A DNA stretch of 60,202 nucleotides, filler included, from Dehalococcoidia bacterium (GTDB taxonomy: Bacteria; Chloroflexota; Dehalococcoidia; DSTF01; RBG-16-68-14), in NCBI GenBank assembly GCA_040882355.1. It is 4 parts of 4 records of this genome, joined end to end, with 100 filler letters (N's around TTAATTAATTAA, not from the genome) between each part and the next. Parts side by side here need not be neighbours in the genome. Positions count along the whole stretch, not along the records: positions 46,671 to 60,202 come from JBBEBM010000064.1; 3 more parts are not named here. One strand, written 5' to 3'. The notes beneath the pieces are model-generated. The model made no database searches and was not told the DNA's origin. It saw only the letters and a list, made by a program, of their open reading frames with translations. The translations under genes and the position numbers were made by a program. How positions within the stretch are numbered: the stretch's first letter is position 1; each line of letters starts with the position of its first letter. This document shows, piece after piece, positions 46,671 to 55,386 of the stretch.

Positions 46671-49564
46671 CAGGGGGCGGAGCCCCCTGCACCCCCGGGC
46701 CCGTCACCGACAGGACTCTCCTCATCCAGCCGCGCGAGCCACGCCTCCCCGAGCCCCTTCGCGTAGCGGAAGCCGAGGCGGACCGCCTCGCCGCCCGCCG
46801 GCCGCGCCTCGATCGTGCACCCGGCGCGGCTCCGGTTCGCGTCGATGCCCAGCAGCTCGATGCCGTTGCGACGCATCTCGTTCGCGATGACGCCGGGGCT
46901 GTAAAAGCCGAAGGGCCACTCGTTCAGCCACGAGCAGTAGAACTCCAGCGGGTAGTAACGCTTCACCCACGCCAGCTTGCCCGCCGTCTCGGCCATCGCC
47001 GCGGCGTGCGCCTTCGGGAAGCCGAACGAGGCGAACGCGAGCACCTTTTCGTAGACGCGCTGCGCCGTCGCCTCATCGAGATAGCCCTTGGTGCGACAGC
47101 CCTCCAGGAACGCCTCGCGCAGCTTCTCCATCTCTTCGCGCGAGCGCTTGCGGCTCATCGCCCGGCGCAGGCTCTCGGCCTGGCCCGCCGTGAAGCCGGC
47201 GACGGTCATCGCCACTTCCAGCACCTGCTCCTGGAAGACGATCACGCCCTTCGTCTCGGCGAGGACGGGCTCGAGGCACTTGTGGTCGTAGGTGACGGGC
47301 TCCGCGCCGATGCTGCGCTTGATGTACGGGTTGACCGCGCCGCCCTGGATGGGGCCGGGCCGGATCAACGCGACCTGCACCACCAGGTCCTCGATGCTGC
47401 TGATCTTTAATTGAAGGATCGTCTGGATCTGCGCACGGCTCTGGATCTGGACGATGCCCAGCACGTCGCCGCGCTGGATCATCTCGTAGACCCGCGGGTC
47501 GTCGAGCGGGATGCGCACCGGGTCGATGCGCTTGCCGTGCCGCTCCTCGATCAGCTTGAGCGCGCGATAGAGGTGGCCCAGGCTGGGGTAGCCAAGCAGG
47601 TCCATCTTGATGAAGCCCGCGTCCGCGACCGAGTCCTTGTCCCACTGGCAGATGTAACGACCCTCCATCGCCGAGGGCTGCACCGGCACCTGCTCCACGA
47701 TCGGCGTGCTGGAGATGATCACGCCGCCGGAGTGCTGGCTCAGGTGGCGGGGCATGCCGCGCAGCTCCTCCACGAGCTGGACGAACTGTTGCCAGATGGG
47801 CGCGCTCATGCGCTGGCGGAACTCGGGCAGCGATCGCATCTCCTCGACCAGCGTGCCCGCGAAGCGGCCGCGCATGCGCTTGGCGAGCTTGTCGATGTCG
47901 GCCTCCGGCAGGCCGAGCGCCTTGCCCACGTCGCGGATCGCCATCGGGTAGCGGTACTGGATGACGTTCGCCACCATCGCGGCATACTCCGTGCCGTACG
48001 TTGCGAAGACGTGCTCGAACATCTTCTCGCGCGCCTCGCGGGCGAAGTCGATGTCGATGTCCGGCATGTCCTCCTTCTGGCGCGACTCGTTGAGGAACCT
48101 GCCGACGAACAGGTCGTACTTGATCGGGTCGATGCCCGACAGCCCGAGCAAGTAACAGACGAGCGATCCCACCGACGAGCCGCGTCCGCGCGCCGGCAGG
48201 TCGTTGTCATGGGCGTAGCGCATCAGCTCCCAGTTGCGCAGGAAGAAGCCCGCCTGCCCGGCTTGGCGAACGAGGCTCAGCTCGGAGTCCAACCGCTCTT
48301 CGATCTGCGGCGCCGACCAGCCGTACAGCTCGCGGGCGCTGGCGCGACAGACCTCCTCCAGGTACTCGTCCGCCGTCCTACCATCCGGCGCCTCGAAGTC
48401 CGGGAAGCGGTAGGTCAGGTCGCGCGTAAGATCGAAGCCGGAGCGTGTCGTCGATTGCTCGGTAGCGGCGACCTTTAGGTCGCCACCTGCGGCTACATCG
48501 TTCGCTGATCGGGAACGGGGGAGTGCAGAGGGGGCAGAGCCCCCGCTGCCGGGGGCCTGGGGCCTGTCCTGAGCCAAGCCGAAGGAGTGTCCCCCAGATA
48601 TCTCAATTACCTCTCTGGACGGGTGGGTGGGATCGATGACGTCATTTCGCAATGGGGCGGGGTGAGGGCCGGGCACGCAGCGCTCAGCAATAGCGACGGT
48701 GTTGCGCAGCGCCTCCGGTAGATCGACGAACAGCGCTGCCATCTCCTCCGGCGACTTCAGGTAGCACTCCGCGTTCTTGCGGCGCAGGTGCTCCGAGGCG
48801 TCGAGTGTCGTGCGATGACGCACGGCGACGAGCACGTCCTGCAGTCGATGCCGGGCGCGCTCGTGGTAGTGGACGTTGTTCGTCGCGACGACACCGACGC
48901 CAAGCGCCTGCGCGAGCTCGACCAGCGCCCGGTTGCGCGGCCCGTCGCCGTGGACGAAGTTGTCCTGTAGCTCGATGAAGAAGCTGTCGCGTCCGAAGAG
49001 CTCCCGGTAGCGCGCGGCCGCCTTTCGCGCCCCCTGCGGATCGTGGGTTGCGACCAGCCGAGGCACCTCGCCGTCTCGGCAGCCTGAGAGCGCGATCAGG
49101 CCCTCGGTCCGGCCGTCGAGCGCCTCGGGATCGAGCGCGACGTCCTCGCGTGGGCTTGAGAGGTGCGCCATCGAGAGGAGGCGGCTGAGGTTCGCGTAGC
49201 CGCGCGGCGTCTCGGCGAGGAGGGTGAGGTGGCGTTGATCATCCACGCGTGTAGGGGCGACCATCCGGTCGCCCTGGGCGGGCAGCCGCCCGCCCCTACG
49301 TGCCCCGCCCATCGCGCCCGGCGTTCGTTCGGCGTCAGGCCGTCGCAGCGTGATCTCCGCGCCGATGATCGGCCGGACGCCCCACTCCTTCGCCGTTTGG
49401 GCGAACTCCATCGCCCCGGCGAGGCAGTCGTGATCGGTGAGCGCCAGCGCCGGATAGCCGAGCGCTCTCGCCTGAAGCACCAGCTCCAGCGGCGTCGAGG
49501 CGCCCTCCCGGAATGAGAAGCAGGAGTGGCAGTGGAGTTCTACGTACGATTGGGCATACTTCAT
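46671..49564 (-). CDS. dnaE2: Error-prone DNA polymerase III alpha (3' end lost in gap), with in-frame repeat insertions
   Basis: YVELHCHS, TDHD, GRGS, PDIDID, PRHLSQHSGG, QWDKD, FGFPKAHAA; downstream of imuB. Confidence 0.93.
48462..48496. repeat. GTAG-type REP inside dnaE2
   Basis: GTAGCGGCGACC-TTTA-GGTCGCC...GCTAC. Confidence 0.75.
48517..48632 (-). repeat. Dispersed palindromic element inside dnaE2, with nested 24-bp repeat
   Basis: Reverse complement matches 8948-9030 and 12077-12165; extra CTCCTTCGGCTTGGCTCAGGACAG inserted. Confidence 0.8.
49251..49299. repeat. Inverted pair of GTAG-type REPs inside dnaE2
   Basis: GTAGGGGCGACC-ATCC-GGTCGCCC-T-GGGCGGGCAGCCGCCCGCCCCTAC. Confidence 0.8.
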
Positions 49565-49613
49565 GAGGATCTGTTATACTATTGTCGCTTTCGTATTACC
49601 GAGAAGGAGCATC

Positions 49614-49886
49614 ATGAAGTCTCCAGTCACCGTGTCCAAGAAGGGGTGGGTCGTCATCCCCCGCGAGATCCGCGAGCGGCATAACATCAAGCCCGGAGAT
49701 AAGGTGCAGATCGTGGATTACGGCGGCAGCATTACGATCGTGCCGGCTATGAAGGATCCAGTCAGAGAGATGCGCGGGATGCTCAGGGGAGGGCCATCGC
49801 TGACGAAGGCGCTTCTTGAAGATCGCCGGCTTGAGCGCGAGCGGGAGGACCTGCGACTCCATCGCATGGGTGGCGAAGGAACCTAG
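49614..49886 (+). CDS. vapB: AbrB/MazE-type antitoxin
   Basis: VSKKGWVVIPREIRERHNIKPGD; AAGGAG RBS; TGTTATACT extended -10 upstream. Confidence 0.9.
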   Translation: MKSPVTVSKKGWVVIPREIRERHNIKPGDKVQIVDYGGSITIVPAMKDPVREMRGMLRGGPSLTKALLEDRRLEREREDLRLHRMGGEGT

Positions 49887-50307
49887 CCCAGTGCCTCGAT
49901 ATGTACTCGATTCTTTTGCGTTCCTTGCACTGTTCCTCGACGAGCCGGGCGCTGCCAAAGTCCAGGAGCTGATAGAGGGAGCCAGCCAGGGGAGCGATGA
50001 GCTATTCATTCCCGTCGTTAACCTCGGTGAGGTCCTGTACACGGTCGAGAACAGACGGGGTCTGGAAACGGCGCAAGATACGCTCGCGGCCGTGCAACAA
50101 TCGCTTGTTCGTATCGTCGACGTCGACCAGCCGCTTGCGCTCAGCGCCGCGCGGCTCAAGGCAACGACCGGCATGGGCTACCTGGACTGCTTCATCGTCG
50201 CTCTTGCTCAGCAACTTGAAGCCCGGGTGGTCACAGGCGACATCGACTTCAAACGCGTTGAAGAACTGGTAACCGTCGAGTGGCTGCCGGTGGACGATCC
50301 GCAATAG
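49870..50307 (+). CDS. vapC: PIN-domain toxin
   Basis: YVLDS, NLGEV, YLDC, VTGDIDF; start 49870 or 49891. Confidence 0.92.
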   Translation: MAKEPSPVPRYVLDSFAFLALFLDEPGAAKVQELIEGASQGSDELFIPVVNLGEVLYTVENRRGLETAQDTLAAVQQSLVRIVDVDQPLALSAARLKATTGMGYLDCFIVALAQQLEARVVTGDIDFKRVEELVTVEWLPVDDPQ

Positions 50308-50320
50308 TCGCCTCGCCTTC

Positions 50321-50611
50321 TCACCCATACCGCTGCTCCCACCAACCGCCCTGCACGTCGTCCCGGAAGACCGTGATCGCGCGTTCGTCCTCCAGCAGCA
50401 GCTCGTAGTACGCGCGCGCGATAGGCGCTGCCGTCCACCAGCGGTCGTCCGTGCGATAGCGGTCCTGCACGCCGGCGACCGAGCGCCAGACCCCGTTGCG
50501 CAGCACGGCGCTCGGCGCGCCGCCCGCGTCCGCGCGCACCTGAAGCGGCCGCGGCACGTTCAGGCGTCGTAGGGTACGAGCACCGTTCGCTCCTCGGGAT
50601 GCCGTGAGCAC
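50321..50611 (-). CDS. Small protein resembling ImuB C-terminal domain (DUF6504-like)
   Basis: LNVPRP...DDRWW...RAYYELLL...WWEQRY; overlaps imuB 3' end. Confidence 0.75.
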   Translation of the reverse strand: MLTASRGANGARTLRRLNVPRPLQVRADAGGAPSAVLRNGVWRSVAGVQDRYRTDDRWWTAAPIARAYYELLLEDERAITVFRDDVQGGWWEQRYG

Positions 50612-51732
50612 GGGTTCACCTCCATGACGCGCCAGACCACCGGCCGGTTATAGCGGGCGCGGAGCTGCTTGATCGCCTGCGCGATCTGGTTCAGGTTCTG
50701 CTGGCTGTCGGTGAACAGCTTCGCCTGCTTCGCTACCTCGTAGCCGATGCCGCTCAGCGTCACCGCGACGGCGTCGACCGCCTGCGGCAGCTCCAGCAGC
50801 GAGAGGCGCGTCCTGATCAGCAGCAGCATCCGGCGCTCGTCGCCGGCCGGCTCGCGGAACGTCTCCAGCCGTTCCCAGACGATCCGCTCGTCGGCGAGGA
50901 GCTGGACGTGCATGCGCCGCGCCGTCCGGCCGCGCAGGCGGCGCACGAGACGCGAGACGATCTGCCGGCCCGCCGCGAGCAGCGCCTCGGTGGCGACGAC
51001 GGGCGCTTCGAACGACAGACGCTCGGTGAGCAGCTCTTGCGGCTTGCGCGGGCGCAGCGGCTCCGCGTCGATGCCGTTCGCCAGCTCCCAGAGCCGTCTG
51101 CCTGCCCGCCCGAACTGCGCCTCAACGGCTGGCTGCGGCAAGGCGGCGACGTCGCCCAGGGTGCGCAGCGCGAGCAGGTCGAGCCGCTGTCCGACTTCCG
51201 GACCGAAGGGCAGCAGCGCGACGTCCTTGTCCTGCACGAACTCCCGCTCACGGCCCGGCGGGACGACGCCGGCGTCGCCCGGCGGGCTCATCGACGCCGC
51301 CGCCCGCGCGACGAACTTGCCCGTAGCGATGCCCACGCTGGGCACGAGCGCCGTTGCGCCCTGGACGGCTCGAACGAGCGCGGCGGCCAGGGCGAACTCG
51401 TCTTCGTAGTGGCCGGCCAGCCCCGTCAGGTCGCCGTACGCGACGCCCAAGCCCTCAGGCTCCACGCCGGGCGTTACGCCCTCGATCGCGTCCACCATCG
51501 CCTCCGCGACCTCGCGGTAGAGGGCATGGTGCGCCTCGATGAAGACGGCGTGAGGGTGGAGCGCCTTCGCCTTGCGCAGCGTCAGGCCGCGATCGAGCCC
51601 CGTCAGCTCGGGCGAGGCGTCGAGGACAGCGCTCCGCTCGTAGACGGCGAGAGGCTGCCCGGCGAGCGCGGGGTCCGCCCGCCGCTCGACGGCGACGGCG
51701 AAGGTGGGGACGGCGACACAAGCGATACGCAT
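50560..51732 (-). CDS. imuB: Catalytically inactive Y-family polymerase
   Basis: Y-family pattern (GLTLRKAKALHP, SVGIATGKFVA, LRTLGDVA) lacking the catalytic Asp/Glu motifs. Confidence 0.85.
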   Translation of the reverse strand: MRIACVAVPTFAVAVERRADPALAGQPLAVYERSAVLDASPELTGLDRGLTLRKAKALHPHAVFIEAHHALYREVAEAMVDAIEGVTPGVEPEGLGVAYGDLTGLAGHYEDEFALAAALVRAVQGATALVPSVGIATGKFVARAAASMSPPGDAGVVPPGREREFVQDKDVALLPFGPEVGQRLDLLALRTLGDVAALPQPAVEAQFGRAGRRLWELANGIDAEPLRPRKPQELLTERLSFEAPVVATEALLAAGRQIVSRLVRRLRGRTARRMHVQLLADERIVWERLETFREPAGDERRMLLLIRTRLSLLELPQAVDAVAVTLSGIGYEVAKQAKLFTDSQQNLNQIAQAIKQLRARYNRPVVWRVMEVNPCSRHPEERTVLVPYDA

Positions 51733-51768
51733 CGGCTGGCCTCAGCACGGCGGCGGGGAGTGCTCTCC

Positions 51769-51797
51769 ATCATATAGAACGTGTGTTCGCTTATCAA
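51769..51797 (-). promoter_or_regulatory. imuB promoter with LexA (SOS) box in spacer
   Basis: TTGATA-N17-TATGAT; CGAACACACGTTCT (GAAC-N4-GTTC) at 51776-51789. Confidence 0.88.
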
Positions 51798-51842
51798 GGG
51801 GTAGTTATGGCGAGAGCTGTATGAGGACACGTCGCCGCGCGT

Positions 51843-54800
51843 CTAGATGCAGGAGAGCCCGAACTCCACTACCACAGCGCCAATGTCGCCGACGCTGATG
51901 GTGCCGTCCGGTGTGGGCGGACTACCTGACTTGTCCAGTCGAACGCCGGGGTAGTTCCCCAATCCGACGCCGCTTCCGAACACACCGACGACGGCGCCGA
52001 TGTCACCCACGGCGACGATGTTGTCCCCGCCGACGTCGTGGAAATCCAGGGAGTTGATCGGATTATTCGGCCGGTTCGGCCCGGCCGGCTGCCCGAGCTC
52101 CAGGCCGTCCCGGCAGCCGTCGCCGTCTGAGTCCGCCTGGTGCGCCATGGTGCCGCGAGACCCTGCCTCGATGGCGTCGCCTATCGTGTCGCCGTCGGAG
52201 TCCACGTCGGCGGCGCCGGTGATGCCGTCGCCGTCGGCGTCGTTCTCCACGTCGGGCAGGGTGTCGCCGTCCACGTCGGCGCGGGCCACATTGCAATGAG
52301 TGAGGGCGCTGTGCGGGAGCTGACCGCCGACGCCGACGCGCACGCAGGCCGTAAAGTAGGCTAGCTCCAGGACGTTCGTGAGCCGGTCGCCTTCCTCATC
52401 TCCGCCGCCAAACTGCGCAGCGCCGTTCGGTTCATCGGTGACGCCGTCGAGGTCGTTGTCGGCGCCGTCGCCCTTCAGTTCCGGCTTGCTGAAGAAGTCG
52501 TCCGGGTTGGAGCCGGCGGAACACTCGAAGCCGTCCAGCCAGCCGTCGCCGTCGCTGTCGGCCCGGTTCTGCCGCACTTCGATCACGTGCTCAACCACCT
52601 GCGACACCGGAATGCCCAGCTTCTGGGCAAGCGCGGTCGCGCTCGCTTCCTGCACGCCGTCGTGGTCGACATCCGCGTTGACGCAGAAGATGCCGAGGGG
52701 CGGCGTGCCGTTTGGTGGGTAGAGCTCGGCTGGCTCGGTGAGCTTGATGACAGAGACCGCGTTCGGCGCGTTCGACTTCGCGCAGTCGCCGGAAGCGTTC
52801 GAGCACTCAACAGCGTCCGGCATCGCGTCGCGGTCGTCGTCGTTGTCGCAGGCGTCGCCGCCCCCGTTCGCAGATTTGTTTTGGATGAGGAAGGGCTGGG
52901 TGTCGGTGACGGTCCCCAGCGGTACCGCGTCGACGGGTTGGCTGCTGAGGTAGGTGGTCGCGGGCGTTGTCTTCGGGCTGGTGGCGCTGGACGCATTGGC
53001 CGGCCCGATGATGGAGGTGGACAGACGCAGCCAGCGGCCCACCCAGGCGTCGAGGTCGGCGTCCGCCTGATCGGCGTTTGAGTGAAGCGGACAGTTGTCG
53101 ATGGGATCATAGATCGGTGAGCCGCCGCCCGTCGTGTCGCCGTCCGTGTTGCTGCTGAGAGGGTTGGTCATCAGGTACAGCTCGATAGCGTCGCTCAGGC
53201 TGTCGTTGTCGCTGTCCGGGTCACTGGGACTGCTGTTCCACCACAATTCGATGCTGTCGAACAGGCCGTCTCCGTCGCTGTCGACGTTGCCCGTGCTCGG
53301 ATCGAAGGAGTCGTCCAGGCAGTCGTTGTCGCTGTCCAAGATCCCGGGTGTGCCGATTTCGTAGCAGCGCAGGTTGATCGAGATGTCGAGGCCCGGACTG
53401 CGCTTGTCGGTCTTGGCTGGGTTGTTCGCCCAGAAGGCGGTCGCGCCGGTCACGGTCCAGCGGGGATACAGCCCGCCGGCGAAGGGGTTGCTACGCAGCT
53501 TCGGCGACGTGAGGGCCGTCTGCACCGTGCCCGCCGTGCCGTCGGCCGTCTTGCTCGCGCTGTTGGCGATGACGACGTACTGTCCGACGCCCCCCGGCAC
53601 GTTGCCGGCCCACTTCGTGTAGCCGAGCAGCCCGCAGGCGTTCTGGCCGTTGCTGTCGACGAAGCTGTTGATCAGGAAGACGCGGAACGACTGCGCCTTT
53701 CCCGTCTGGCTTGAAAGCGCGTCCAGCTCGCCCTTCGACGCTGACGGGCAGAGGATGTCGCCGTCGCCGCCAGGGCTAGCGGACGGGTCGGTGCCGGTGA
53801 ACAGCGTGGTATTCCAGGTAAACGTGATGCCGAATGGCGTCCAGATCTCGTTTGCTTCATTGAGCGAGTTCGTAATCCTGGTCGAGTCCCATGCCGCCTG
53901 ACCGAGCGTGCCGACCTCGGGGAACGTGAGCGGGATCGAGCAGGAGACGGCGCAATCCGGCGAGCCCGTCAGGCCCAGGTTGACGCGTAGCTGCCCGGCG
54001 CAGAGCCTCGCCGTGTTGATCTGCTTCGTCAGGAGCTGCTCGCCCGCGCTCGACTGCTCGTTCATCAGGTTCTCGGGGCTCCAGCCCGGCGGGTGGGTGA
54101 GGCAGAGGGCATGGCCCAGCTCGTGCGCGAGCGTGCTGCGCGTGGACCCGATCTCGACGGCGCTCACGGCGGTTGGGAGGATGTCGGCCCAGAAGGTCAC
54201 CTGGACCTTCTCGCTGCTCTGGATACAGTCCGTGGGCCAGGTAACCGCCCAGCGCTGCGGGTCGCCCGCCTGGATCCGGTCGCCCTCGCGCGCGGGGCAG
54301 TCGCCCGTTCCGGCGAACATGCGGAAGTTGGCGCCGACGTGGCTCGCCGCGAGCGAGACCACCAGCGTGTTCTTAGGCGCGGCGAGCGCTCCCGCGTTGA
54401 CGACCATCGTCGCGACCTGGCCCGGCAGGCTGGCCGTGCTCTGCTGTTGCGACTGCATGCACAACGGAGGGAAGCCCGGCGGATCGCCGCGGCCGCCGAG
54501 CACCGGCGTCGAAACGCGCACCTGACCCCAGGGCACGTTCTGCGTCACATAGTTGAACGGCAGCGGTTGCGTCGTCTCGAAGAGGTTGGTGCCGCCCAGG
54601 AAGACGCTGCTCAGCTCCGCCGACGAGCGATTCGTGACCGGGTAGATGGACGTAGGCGGAAGGCGCTCCGTCAGCCAGCTCTCCAGCGTCGTGCTCTTCG
54701 CAGCCAGCGGGTAGGGGCGCACGAGGTTGTGCTCGGGGTCGGCGCTCTCGGGCGCTGCGAGCACGTCCGGCTGGCCGTCGCAGAAGAGATCGACGCGGCC

Positions 54801-55169
54801 GTGCACGTTGCCCGTCACGACGTTGGCGGCCGCGCTGTTCTCGGTCCAGTCGACAGGCGAGTAGATCGCCGGCTGGCCGAGTGGGCTGCCGTAGTCGAAG
54901 TCGATGATCGACGTCATGCTCACTGGGGCGCCGATGAAGGTGGTGGGCGGGAGCGGGCAACTCTGGCCGGGCAGTGGCGTCAGGCAGAGCGGTTCGAGCT
55001 GTTGCACGCGGATCTTCGGGCTGTCGGGGAACGCGGCGAGCGCCGGCGACGCGTCGCGGGCGAATCCGAAAGCGGCCGCGAGCAGGGCGATCGTGAGGCC
55101 CGCGATTCGGAGCGGCGAGGCGGAGCTATGCCGGACGACCTTTTCGTGTGGATGGGCCGGAGCGTTCAA
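51843..55169 (-). CDS. Secreted protein: zinc-metallopeptidase-like domain, thrombospondin-3-like Ca repeats, flexitail-like C-terminus
   Basis: Signal peptide; HELGHALCLTH + NLM; DxDxDG repeats, DNCP; terminal DGTISVGDIGAVVVEFGLSC. Confidence 0.8.
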   Translation of the reverse strand: MNAPAHPHEKVVRHSSASPLRIAGLTIALLAAAFGFARDASPALAAFPDSPKIRVQQLEPLCLTPLPGQSCPLPPTTFIGAPVSMTSIIDFDYGSPLGQPAIYSPVDWTENSAAANVVTGNVHGRVDLFCDGQPDVLAAPESADPEHNLVRPYPLAAKSTTLESWLTERLPPTSIYPVTNRSSAELSSVFLGGTNLFETTQPLPFNYVTQNVPWGQVRVSTPVLGGRGDPPGFPPLCMQSQQQSTASLPGQVATMVVNAGALAAPKNTLVVSLAASHVGANFRMFAGTGDCPAREGDRIQAGDPQRWAVTWPTDCIQSSEKVQVTFWADILPTAVSAVEIGSTRSTLAHELGHALCLTHPPGWSPENLMNEQSSAGEQLLTKQINTARLCAGQLRVNLGLTGSPDCAVSCSIPLTFPEVGTLGQAAWDSTRITNSLNEANEIWTPFGITFTWNTTLFTGTDPSASPGGDGDILCPSASKGELDALSSQTGKAQSFRVFLINSFVDSNGQNACGLLGYTKWAGNVPGGVGQYVVIANSASKTADGTAGTVQTALTSPKLRSNPFAGGLYPRWTVTGATAFWANNPAKTDKRSPGLDISINLRCYEIGTPGILDSDNDCLDDSFDPSTGNVDSDGDGLFDSIELWWNSSPSDPDSDNDSLSDAIELYLMTNPLSSNTDGDTTGGGSPIYDPIDNCPLHSNADQADADLDAWVGRWLRLSTSIIGPANASSATSPKTTPATTYLSSQPVDAVPLGTVTDTQPFLIQNKSANGGGDACDNDDDRDAMPDAVECSNASGDCAKSNAPNAVSVIKLTEPAELYPPNGTPPLGIFCVNADVDHDGVQEASATALAQKLGIPVSQVVEHVIEVRQNRADSDGDGWLDGFECSAGSNPDDFFSKPELKGDGADNDLDGVTDEPNGAAQFGGGDEEGDRLTNVLELAYFTACVRVGVGGQLPHSALTHCNVARADVDGDTLPDVENDADGDGITGAADVDSDGDTIGDAIEAGSRGTMAHQADSDGDGCRDGLELGQPAGPNRPNNPINSLDFHDVGGDNIVAVGDIGAVVGVFGSGVGLGNYPGVRLDKSGSPPTPDGTISVGDIGAVVVEFGLSCI

Positions 55170-55386
55170 GATAGCGCGACCTCCCCGCCATCATTTTCCG
55201 ATGACGCGAGCGCCTGTCTGTGACCTGGTTCATAGAACGGCGGGGTCGCGTCACCTACCTTAGGCGTGTCGATAGCGTAAGCGGGGACTAGAGGCTTGTC
55301 AAGATGAAACGAATCATGTTAGATAGGGGCGTTTGGTGGTCGGTGGTCGGTTCCTGGTGGCCCCGCATTCGGAGAGGAGGCGCGTC

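Noticed and set aside
48440..48680. Intein in DnaE2
   Set aside because: No C-terminal HN-C/S/T splice motif; the insert is explained by DNA repeats
49550..50335. Target-site duplication around vapBC
   Set aside because: Only a 5-nt GTATG match at the flanks; not significant
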